From: Spirogloea muscicola
Lineage: Eukaryota
DNA: 64,000 nucleotides
Direction: 5' to 3'
NCBI GenBank assembly: GCA_009602725.1
Contig: WELB01000008.1
Span: forward strand, 181,048-245,047
Shown: piece by piece, positions 25,825 through 36,900 of the stretch
How the letters are laid out: the number at the start of each line of letters is the position of its first letter
Numbering within the stretch: position 1 is the first letter of the stretch
Notes under the pieces: model-generated
What the model was told of the DNA's origin: nothing
Seen by the model: the letters and a program-made list of their open reading frames with translations, nothing else
Database searches by the model: none
Program-made: the position numbers and the translations under genes

Positions 25825-26965
25825 CTGCGCAAACCAGACGCTGCTGCAAGGGCGCGACCAGCCCGGCGATGCAAACCAAGAGAACAGAGAAGAGAGAAGG
25901 CGCGCGGTCGCATGGCCTCGTGAAAATTATTCCAAAATAGAAGAAGAAACAGTAGAGAAGAGGCGCGCGGTGTGCATGAAATGGTAGGGTGGCCAACTTA
26001 AGCCAACACACTCTTCAGCCAAGAGCTAGTGCAAATTTCGGGGCTACATAAGGGCTGTACTAAAGTGGCTAGTATAACAGAAGAAAGAGTACTTCAAATT
26101 AGAGATAGTGGCTGCGAGAAGGCCAGGCAAGAACAACTACACAAGGTTCATAAGGGACCGGAATACGGAACTACTCTCCGTAAACTTCGCAAATGAACGC
26201 TCGACAGAACCCGGATAACAAATGCAGATCAGAGAAAGTAGAGGGCGGAATTGTGTTGACCTGGCGAAAGCCGGAGGTAGCAGCCAAGGCCCAGCCTGCC
26301 TGCAAGTGGACGGCAGAAGGGGGCAATAGGCTGTGAAAGGCGGCCCAAAAAGGACTGACAAGGTCCGAAAGGGGCCGGAAAGTCCTAATGCAGACAGTTA
26401 GGCAAGTGGCTACCGTAATTGGTTGCTCACATTATAGAAGAGAGGCCAAGCAGAGCCAGTGCATAATTGTACAGAAAATGCACGCAAAGTGCCAAAATTG
26501 GGGCTACATGAAGCGAATGCGGAAACCAAGGCTGAGAGGTGCTTGAAAGAGAGGAACAGCGCTTCCAAATTGACTGGTGGCTGAAGAGGCAGGGCGACAG
26601 CACAGCTGAAGGAGATAGGGCGCACGATGCACATGGTCTGACAGGGAGGCCAGGGCGAGCCAGTACACTTTCCAAGCTCAGGGGCAAAAGAGAAAATCTA
26701 GCTCTTTCAGGGGGCCGGGGGCTGTGAAAGCCAGCCCAGAAAGAATAGCGCGTCCAAAGTGACTCTCTCAGCCACCGGTGGTTGTGAGAGGTCAGCCCAA
26801 GAAAATGGAGAAGGTCTAAAGCGGCCGGATGGCGCAAAAAGCAAGATACTACAGAAAGAACGGACAAGGTCCAAAGATATGGACCCCATAAACAATAGGG
26901 GCTGGGAAGGCCAGCCCAAAGATATGGACAAGAGGGCCGGAAGGCGCCAAAAAGACAGCTAGGCG
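25825..26965. repeat. Degenerate array of mosaic repeat modules upstream of SNRNP40
   Basis: D-like segment ~25825-25875; M modules at ~25891 and ~25953; H hairpins at ~26718, ~26780 and 26899-26917; aagaatggacaaggtc-like tails. Confidence 0.75.
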
Positions 26966-27484
26966 AATGAAGGAAAAGAGGGAATGCACATTCGGCATAC
27001 ACAAATGGAAGCTTTAGTCTCGGGGAGGCTGTGGGACCGAAGCAGTAACTGACTGGAAGCCCGCGCCTGACATCAAGCGGCGTTGAGCAACAAACAGATC
27101 AAGCCCAAGTCGCACGGCACAATGCTCGCTTTTGACAAAGCCATTCCTGACTAGATCCATACGCGCCAATACCAACACTAAGATTGTACGAATCTCTGAC
27201 TAAACTTGCACATGAGGCATGCTGGTAAGCTTCCAAAAAGTGTGCTTTTAAGACAACGGTGCAATCTCTGGCAGCTGCCTAGCCAACCACCAGAAAGCTG
27301 GTGGCAGGGCCTGTGGGCTGAAACTAGATTGCATGGTGGGGAGCTACATTGCTCCCATTTCTTTATTTTACGCCTGCGTCCACATGGGATGCAAGTATTG
27401 TTTATTCTCTTACAGCTAGACCTGGAAACGCCTAGGTCCAGCCGCATGATGAACCTACTTCTAGCACATTTTGGACAGTCCAGC

Positions 27485-29983
27485 TTAAGCGCCACAAGGA
27501 GAGTCTCTCTGTGCCGCACTTTGCTCTACATGGGCCACCTCGGTGGCTTCCAAGATGCACCCCTCTCCTTGGGTGCCAACTTCCCGACGATACTTGAATG
27601 CCTGCAGGGGGTCCTGCTCAGTAGCTGGCTCGTCGTCCTCCTCGATACCACCATCCTGCCAGCCCTCATACTCTGCTGCATCCGCGTCCTCATCCACTGC
27701 AGACTGGCTGTCGGCACCCCTATCCTGTGCGAGTCTTTCCTCTGCACCAGCGTTTCTAGCTCCACCACCCACTTCTGACCGGCGCTCCGAGAAAGTGCGC
27801 GCCACCCCCTGTACGCAGCGGTGGCAGCGGGCGGCCTCGGCCGCGGCCTCCACTTGGCGCAGGCGGGCGAGATTGACTTTCAGCTTGACTTGCAGATACT
27901 TGATGTAATTGATTGCCTCGTCAAGCATTGACGCCGTGTCCATCTTGCTGCCTGACGGCACAAGCTGCTGTAGTATTTGGATGCGCTTGCTGATGCGGTC
28001 CCGCCGCTTGCGCGCTGCGACAGACTGCGGGTCCGTGGCCGTGCCCCGCTTCTGCCGGCCGGTACTTGCCGCCTTCAAACACCCGGGGCTATTGGCATGC
28101 CAGTCCTCGGCTTCAGGACTTGCTACGGTAGTGAAGGGATCTTGCTTGCTGTGATCACTGTTTACTTTGACGGCCAAGGCGCCCCCCTGCATACTGCCTG
28201 CTGCTACTGCCATGGAGGCAATGGCTCTTCTTTTTGCGGGAGGCTCCATGGCCGCCCCTGGCAAGCTGGTAGGCCCACCAACCTCTTTTCTCCTCCTGCT
28301 GGTAGGCCCACCAACCTCTTTTCTCCTCCTGGCGCCGCTGTAACCGCCGGTACCCCTATTGCCGCCATCATGCTGCAACACCTTCACTTTTGCGCTGCTC
28401 GCGAAGTCTCCCTCCTCATCCTCATCATCCTGCTCCTCATCAAGTGCTCCTTGCACTCCCCCCCTGGCCATGCTGCCGCCCTCCTCCCAATTGCAAGCGA
28501 GCCTGTCATACAACGTCGTCTGGCTCGCTGGGCTGCCAGTGCTGTGCTGATTCCCTGCCAGAGCATCGCTCACCCACAGCTGCGGATGGCTGCTGCAAGA
28601 TCGCAGAAGCAAGCTCTGTGTTAATAACGAGTAGCTGCCACTCACTATTGCATGGCTGTGGTGTGTTCAATCTCACACGCACACGTGTATGCACAGCACA
28701 GGGCTAGACTGGAGGGGGGGGGGGGGGGACAGAGCGATTAGAGCGCATTGTGGGCGATGAATATGAAACAAGGCAAGCTCTATTCATGTGCCATATTGGG
28801 AGGCAGCTAGTCACCTGGGGAGCGCGGGCAAGGAGCCAATGTCGCGCGGCGCGGCGGGCGACGACAATGGCGGCATCGTGGCAGCAGTAGTTGCGCCTTG
28901 CCCTTTGGCCGAGGTATTACCCAGCAAGATGTTAGCGGCGTCCCCAAGCGGCGGCCAGAGGGCCGTCGATGCAGGCCTGCTGTCAGTGGTGGTAAGCTCG
29001 GCAGCCTTTACGGCGGAGCCGATGATGTCAGACAGCAAGTTGCTTGTGTCACTGGCCGGGTGGGAAACGAAGTGTGGGAGGCCCCCATCCTGGTTGCCGG
29101 CATCCTCGTAGAGCAGAGCGCTCATAGTAGAGTTGCCAAAGGCGTCCTCACTGCCAGCAGTGGGGCAGCCACCACCGCAGTGGCCGTTGCCAAGAAGCTC
29201 CTTGTCCAGAAGGTCCTGCCACGGGCCAGACCCACGCCTGCTTTCCAAGAGGTACCGAGGTGCGAATGGAGGGGTCAACGGCGACCCCAGTGTCACGTCG
29301 TAAGGTTGTCCGTCGCCCATGGCCGTAACGCGTGACGGCAAATGTGGCAGGGTCTGGGCGGCTGGCAGCCAATGCTGCCGCTGCCGAGGATTTCCTGGCG
29401 GCCCTCGCCAAGGAAGAGCCCGAGCAGCACTGATAGTGGCGACAATTCGGCGGTGATGGCAGTAGTAGTGGTCGGGCCCGCAACGGTCAGCAGCCGCTGC
29501 GCGAGGTCGCCGGTGAGCGCCGCGACGGCATGCTCGCGAGTGGGCGGAAGGGGCCGGCAGAGGCGCGCGCTGCCGGCTTGGAGCTCGCGGGCGGCGTCGC
29601 CCAGCAAGCTGTGCAGGGCGGCCAGCGCTGGGGACGGCGCTGGCGAGGAGTTCGCGGCGGTCGATGCCTGCACCAGCAATGAAAAACGGCATGGCGGAGA
29701 TCAGCCGCCGTGTTGACGAGCTCGGCCGTGCAAGCGGGCGAGGACTCGATCGCCACAACGCGGCTGCTTCGGTCCTGCGAATGCAATCGAGCAGCGTTAC
29801 CTGGTGGAGGTAGTGGGGAGACAGGTGGGCCGGAGCGGCGGCTGCGGCGGCGCCGCTGCCTTCGAGCAAAGTGCGGAAGGCGGCGACGGAAGACGGCGAG
29901 AGGCAGAGGGCCGGGGCCGCAGCTGCTGCTGCCTCAGCGCGCGGATGGTGGGTGGGGCCCGAGGCGGCGTCGGCGCCGTGCAT
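27485..29983 (-). CDS. bHLH transcription factor, clade VIII (HECATE/INDEHISCENT/RSL-like)
   Basis: [53 protein letters not shown]. Upstream exon(s) lie in ORF 28811-29983; the true start is uncertain. Confidence 0.88.
28265..28330. repeat. 33-bp exact in-frame tandem duplication in the bHLH gene
   Basis: gctggtaggcccaccaacctcttttctcctcct twice, giving [11 protein letters not shown] twice. Confidence 0.95.
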
Positions 29984-30149
29984 GGCGGCCGGCGGGACGA
30001 GGGAAGTGGTGGTGGAGCTGGTGGGCGCTCGCGGAGGGAGGCAGAGGAGCGGGGCGGGGGATGGTGTCAGGGACGAGGCGCGGCGCGGCGGCGGAGGTGG
30101 TGCTGCCGCGGTGGTCTGGCCCGCAGTGGGCGGAGGGGCTCTCTCTCTG

Positions 30150-30680
30150 ATACGTAGCTGCTTTGTTTCTTTGTGTGCTTGTTTTCTTTATCGCTTCCCC
30201 TGGCCCCCTTCTCGTACTCTGTTCATTCTTCATTGGGCTGGCTTTTCCAGCCCCTATCCTCAATGGGCGGGCACTTTCTCTCGCTGCAGCGCACTCCTGA
30301 CACGTCCCCCCGCAGCTTGTGGGCCCCCCCCCCCTTCTTCGTCTGCCCCATGAGGGATGTGCTTTGCCTCCGCACTAATAAGCGGTTCCGGGCGCTCGTT
30401 GCCCCCATGCACGCCTCTTCTGAGATCTGGGCGCTGGAAGCGGGCCCCCGCCTAGCGAGCACGCAGTGAGCCACCATCCTTCGCGGTGCTTGCACAGGGC
30501 TGTCGCTTCAGCGCTTGCCGGCCCCTTCGGAAGAGCCCTTTCTCTTTCTCAATGGGCGAGCACTTCCTCTTATCCTCGACGGGCGAGCCCTTCTTCTTTG
30601 GGAGAGCCCTTCCCTGTATTGGCTTGAATTGGCCTCCCTTTCAATTCATGCGCCCCGCGCGCCTTCTCTCTTCTGGACGG
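30150..30680. repeat. Mosaic repeat modules between the bHLH gene and a divergent gene
   Basis: GGGCTGGcttttCCAGCCC at 30235-30253 plus P module; further P modules ~30548-30600; M module (reverse) ~30615-30670. Confidence 0.85.
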
Positions 30681-30885
30681 AGCTGCTTTCTTTCCTGGCG
30701 CCCCCGGGCGCAAATCTGAGTACCGATCTTCTTCTTTACTTTGCCTTTCGCCCACCCCCAACCCGACCGTTGGCGCGCCCGCGCTTGCCCCCCGCGCCCG
30801 CGCCGCCGCCGCCGCCGCCGCGGCGGCGGCGGCGGTCCTTTCGCCCCCCGCTGCCGCCGGCTGGCGAGCTGGCGCCGACGAGCTC

Positions 30886-31374
30886 ATGGCCGCGCCAGGC
30901 CCCGGGGCTTCTTCGGGCGCCACGCTCAAGGCCGCGCCAGACCCTGGCCCCGCCCCTCTGGTTGCCTCGCCGCTGCCGAGTTCCCCCGGTCACCCTCGGC
31001 TGGGCAGCAGTTCCCCGTGCCTGCGCCAGCGACAGCTGCTCCTCCCGACGCTTCAAGCCCCGCGGCGGCGGCCTCGGGCGCCCCGGCCTCCTCTACCCCG
31101 GCGGGAGCCGAGCTCGTCCTCCCCTACCAAGCGCCTCCTGTCTTCACGGGCAGCNAAATGACAATCTGGAGGACACTTTTGAGATTCACCGTTATGCCAA
31201 GGTCCACCAGGTTTTTGACATACATGGCATGCTACGAGTCCACCATGCCTGACTTGGACGGCTTGGCTGAGGTACCCAAAACATAAATTAGCTACTTAAG
31301 AGATTGACCAGTGATCTGTTTGGACCTTAATTTCGGCGCACCTGTCCCTGTATCTGTTTTAGGATCGCGAATAA
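30886..31374 (+). CDS. Putative gene with its middle lost at the N join 31155
   Basis: GC-rich ATG ORF (MAAPGPGASSGATLK...) runs into the N. After it a frame ends in GAG|GTACCC and TTTTAG|GAT CGC GAA TAA. No recognisable domain. Confidence 0.3.
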
Positions 31375-31879
31375 ATGGCCGGCATCCACTGTGGTCGGCA
31401 TACCATTGATGACAAATCCCGCATATGTGTCATCACAGTCGCTATTGGCGGGGTTCTCAATCTCATGGAGACGGAGGGAAGTTCTTCCACTTTGCTTGTA
31501 GCTCTTCAGGCCCTCCTACCACTTCCACTGCCTGAAGTCAGGCGCCCAAATGGGCCAGCTTGCACCTTGTCATCTGAGTCACTGGGAGAGCGGGCACAGT
31601 GTGAAGAATGCGGCTGCTGATATTAAAAGTCACTTGAGAGTCAAGCCATCAATGCCCACTACTGCAAGCACCGAGAACCTCAGTAGCATGGACTATAAGG
31701 AAGACTCTTCCAAATGCATGGAGTGCGTAGCCCGTACTGAGTCTCAGCTATTGCTTCACTCCGGACTTTCAAGGCTTGCCAGACTTGAGAGGAAGTCACC
31801 GACTGCTCATATTGTGAGTCTCCAACCTAGCCCGAGGGCGTGCTGGGATGGGCAGATCAAATGGCATCAACTACTACTT

Positions 31880-33085
31880 TTCCCTGGGCTGGCCACTCAC
31901 AGAAAGAAGTGCTCGCCCATGGGGAAGAGGGGCAAAGCCAGCACAAAAAAAATGGACAATGTCCAAAGCCAAGAGAGAAGGCGCGCGGTGCGCATGAGAT
32001 TGAAAGGGAGGCCAACTCTAGCCTTACACAAATTTCCCTGTTTAACTGGGTAATGAGCTGACTAGGGAGGACACTAATATCCCCGAGTGAGCTCATGCAT
32101 ATAAGCCAAAGGAAGAGGTGCCGAAAGCCATCACCATGCCATCGCATCACAGCCATCGCCCTCTTCCCTCCTGCCATTGCTGCTTCCTCAACCTCCTCTA
32201 GCAGCTCCACAAGCGGTACCGGTCGAGTCGACATGGCCCCCGTCAGCACGGCTCCCCCCGCTCTGTGGCACCTCCGGCCCTCCTAGTATAGGGCGTCTTT
32301 TCATGTAGCCACATTCTTTGCGCTGCATTCTTTGCACTTTCTGCATTTTCTGCCTGAACAATGTAATGGCTTGAATTGGCCTCGCTTTAATTTCATGCGC
32401 ACCGCGCGCCTTCTCTCTCTTCTTGATCTACGATAAGTATCTCCCAGCCGGCGGGCCCTGACGGCGCGCCAGGCGGGGCGGGCGGCCCGAAGCTTGCGCC
32501 CGCCCTGCTCGGCCGCACGGCCGGCGCACGTGCGGCTGGCTGCCGGCCGCAGAATGCCACGTGGTGCCTGCCGCCGTCGGCACGCAGCACGTGCCCGGGG
32601 GCGCCCCAGCTGCCTGACGCGTGGCGGCGAGCCCCGGGGTGGCCCGTCTCCCCGGCGGGCCCGCCGACCGTCAGGCGCGTTGCGTCGCTCGCGTTTATCC
32701 CCCCGGTTAGAGGTTCCTCCAGACGGGGCAGTTTACAGCCGATTTTTCAAATATCAGCAGCCTTTTTTAGACGGGGGCGATGGGCTTTGGGAATGGCCAG
32801 CCCAAACGAGAGGCAAGGGGCACGGTGCCCATGCACAGAGGAAATTGCGCATGCAAAGAACAAGAAGCTCCTCCGATTCACGGCAATGGCAGTGAGAGGC
32901 CAGCTCAGAGGGATGGACACGGTCTGAAAGGGCCAGATGGCGCAGAAAGCAGGATATTCCTCTCCAAGACGGCAGCAAGAGGCGCTCGATAACCTCTAGT
33001 CAGCAAGTGCAAATCAGATTGACTAGAGGGCGGAAAGCGTCGTCCTGAAAAGGTAAGGGGAGGCCAATTCATGCCAATACGCTGC
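31880..33085. repeat. Mosaic repeat modules flanking a GC-rich island
   Basis: P+H+M at ~31900-32030; inverted M at ~32357-32420; degenerate H/M at ~32780-33080. Confidence 0.75.
32527..32625. promoter_or_regulatory. Phased G-box/ABRE and CE3-like cluster
   Basis: CACGTG at 32527, 32558 and 32588; ACGCGTGGC at 32617. Confidence 0.5.
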
Positions 33086-33900
33086 TCAGGAAAAAGCTAG
33101 TGATCAACCTACTATAGTGATCACCATGGACTGCTTGCTGCCCCCGGGGTCATGTCCACCTTGTGGTCTTTCACAATGCTCGTAGCTTGCACAAGTTGCC
33201 GCCACTAGCAAAAGTGCATCAACAACCCCCACTGCAGCAGCCCGCTTTGCCCCGGAAAGATCTCCATGCTGCCCAACAGCGACACCTGCTTGCAGTGACA
33301 CTGCCAATGTTGTGGCCGCAACCTATGCCGCCAATGAGCCGTTTCATATGTCGCAGGAGGTCAACTTACATTAGCATCTGATCTCTGTAGAGCTTGCCAA
33401 GCCAAATTCAGCAGACGAGTGACTTCCTAGCGCAATGTCAGAGATTGCTGTCCCAAGGCACCCTTTGAGGACCTCCCTAGCAAGTATTTAAATGGGAGGT
33501 CTTGAGCACAAGTAGGCAAGTCAGATATGAAAGAATGAACCTGAAACGTCATGTTGCAAGAAAAGCATGGGGCAGGTTGAAGAGTCTGTTTTTAGCTCTG
33601 TCATGATTTGCAGCGCTCACATCATCTGTGACCTGTGTTGGGAAAGCCACAAACATGTTGAAAGCAACTCAGAGGACTTTTCGTTGAATTTGGCACACGA
33701 ACCGTCATCTGTCAGAGATGTACGAATCAGTATAGGGTACCGATGAAGACATGGGGCATCTATGTATCAAGAGCATTCAAGCAAGTTCGCTTTGCTGTAT
33801 CGCATGCTACTGGTCTCTAGATAACACAAGAGGTCACGTCACAATGCGTGCCAGATTGTCATTCTGCCATTACGTAGACCATTATAAGAATCTTCAAAAT

Positions 33901-36900
33901 TCACAAGTAGCCCCTACAATACTGATGCCCGCAGAGGCAAGGCACGCGCTCGTGGGCAGGGTCTCCGGCTGCAAACATGTAGTTCAGCGTGAGCTCCTCC
34001 CCAACATCAATGGACCTGTGCGCAAAAATGAGGAGCTTCCGGTGGCCATTGATCACCAGCGCTCGCGCAAATAGGTTGCCATCACACGAGTGATTGATGT
34101 GTCGCGCTGCATTACCCTGACGGGTTGCGTCCAACACCAAATCCTCCACTCCAGCAACCTTAGGGAGGCCAAAAAAGTAGCATCCAAGACCTTGCTGCTG
34201 ATAGTTCTTCTCTCTTAGGTCAGAGATGCTGGCACACAAAAAGCACAACACAGGTCAAATAAGTAAATACACCAATTCATAAGCCAGAAACGAAGTGGAA
34301 CTTGAGCATGGAATTATAACCTCGTCGTAACATCCCATGTCTTGCCACAGATACATTGCTACCTTCATCAAATCAGAGAGAAAGGCCATAAGGGAAGGCT
34401 CAAGCTTAGTACAATGGACCTACTGGCACGTTAGCTCTACTAAGCATTGGGTTGAAAAAGCATCATGACAAGTGCCGAATCACCTGGTGCGAATGAGCTC
34501 CCCAACATACTCAATGACGAGCTCCGACGGGGAGAAAGGGATAAGAGCAAAAAGGCCACGCCCGTGGATGCTGCTCCCACCCACCGCGACACGCTTGCGC
34601 AGGTCCTTGCGCATTGCCCTGTACCGCATGGACAGAGGCACCTCCACTATGGTGTCTTGCCCGGTTGCTCCCTTACCAGGGAGTGTACCACTGCCGGCCT
34701 GGCCGTTACCTCCTGCAGAATGTGCCGCCACAGACGCGCATGCTGGATGGACCCCAGAACCAGCTGCACTGCCTGCTGCAGTCACATGCTCCTCCTGTTC
34801 ACAGAAAGCGTCGATGGTCCTAAATCAGGGACACTGAAAGCCAAGCTGCTGCACAGGAGCTGCTTTCAAGCAAGCAACTGGACATGCCTCAGTAGGCCGA
34901 CATCCTCACAACTCACCCAGCCAGCTTGCACTGCTTCAAGCCGGCGCAACCGCTTGTCATTGACAATCTTGGTGGCGGCAATGCGCGCAGCCACATCCAG
35001 GCCAACTCTGCCAATCCCGCGGCCCCAGTGCGGTTCGCTCCGAGCACATCCGCTGGGGTTGCGCCACTGCACTGCGGCTGGCTGCTGCCTGTGTCGGAAC
35101 TTGTACCCCAAGCACATCTCCACATCTGCAAAATCAAGACAGAGGGACAGCATGTGAAGCTGAATAAGCTTGAATTCATCAAGCTCTTCACTCAAGCTTC
35201 TTGCACACAAAGCGGCCCTACCCTGACAGTATGTTGTAGTCTGATTGCACATGCACATAGGCACTGTCCTGGCAGGTATAGGCAACTTACATAATAGGTC
35301 ACTAAAGGGTGGTTTCCCTACCTGGGAGCTGCTCAATGGCACTGGCTATATCAGCCACGCGCAGGCCAAAGAACCAGGCCCCACAGCATGCTGCCCCGGT
35401 GGAGTCTATGAGTTCCTGGACTACAGAAGCTTTGTGTTGGACTGACTGAGCTGCATCCTCTGGTACTTCAGCGACGGACTTGCAGTGGCTGAGAGCCAGT
35501 CTTGCCCGCCTCTGTCGCCTCCTCCAGCCCAGCCCCGCACTTTGTCGGAGGACCCACAAGCGCTCCTCAAACGCCCTCCAAAGCTCGTCAGCACTGTCTC
35601 AAATCAGGAGGACCAAACATGGCACAGATCTTCGTTCTCGTCAGCAAGTGCGCCAGTGGGCCTAGTCTTGACGAGGCTTCTAAGGAGAGCTGCACGACAT
35701 GCTATGCCAACCAGGGCACAGAATGCATGTATAAGTTACACACCGAATACCACAATATGTGTCCAGGTGGGTGACCAATCTGAATTACCTGGACGCTGCA
35801 ATGGTCCCATCAACAGCCTGCTTGCCATTATTCCCGGTTGCAGCATTGTCCTCTGCATCGATCTTCACTGCACTTGACGAGCCACTATTGTCCGACGAGG
35901 GCGGCAGCACTTCGCGGACCAAGGTGAGGACGAACCAGGGACACCCAGCTGGCGTGTCCTGCACCTCCATGCGGTACAGCGCCCGGACACCAACGTGAAG
36001 CACGCTCCAGTGCAGCCGGAAGGCCTGGTAACCTAGCGGAAAGATGTGGTCACGGCTCACAAAGCCCTTCTGGCGGGGCAGCGCAACGACCTCACCCAGC
36101 TGCCGCACGCACACGGCTCCGACGCGCATCCAATGGCCAAGAACAGCTCTCGAGGGCGCCGCCAGAATGGCAGGCCCCGCCTCAGCGCACCAGGGCTTGC
36201 CAGCAGTCACTTCCAACGGCGGGCAGCTCCCCTCGCTGCTACGAACTTCCTCGTCAGCAATGCCAGCGGTGTGCGAGGCAGCCGTCGAGCAGGCTGCTAG
36301 CAGGTTGTGCCTGGGCGAAGCAGGCGTGACATACAGCCGTGCTCTCCTGCCGACCAGGTCGAAGGACAGGACCTTCTGACCAACGAGGCGCGCACGGGTA
36401 GCGTGCTTGCGGCAGAGAACAGAGCCTCCAGCGAGGAACACCATGCCCAGAGCCTTGGCGCAGGTGAAGTGAACATGCGGTTTGCGCGAGCAGGAGGCGC
36501 CAGCACATGGGACCGATGCCCCCGGGAGCTTGCAGACGCCGCAACGGCAGCTCTCATCATCCTGCAGGAACAACAGATTATAGATTAATAGCTCAACAGC
36601 AGTAAACCAGAGCCACCAAGGCCCAGATTAGTCTCAGTCTCAGTCTATCTTGTGGATTATTAGGAAATAGGGTTTAAGTTGTGGAGGTTTTATATACAAG
36701 GGTCCTTGCGACTAGGAGGCTATGAGAGGAAAACTTTAAAAATCGATGGTCTAATCTTTCTGATTTTAGGAGTTACTCAGGTCTATGGCTGCTACTTACA
36801 GCAGACTGCATCCTGGACACAGCCTCTGCAACTCGCTTGACCTCCCCCCCGGGAGAGCGCACGATGCCCGGGCACCACAACACGCATCCCGCATGGAGCC

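Noticed and set aside
26540..26965. CRISPR-like reading of the palindromic units
   Set aside because: Units are degenerate and irregularly spaced, the 'spacers' are themselves repeated, and there are no cas genes.
32527..32625. G-box cluster as an autoregulatory site for the nearby bHLH
   Set aside because: That bHLH lacks the E-box-contacting Glu, and an N join of unknown size separates the two.
35795..35830. Possible Taspase1 site (KQAVDGT) between FYRN and FYRC
   Set aside because: Does not fit the Q-x-D/G-x-D-D spacing.
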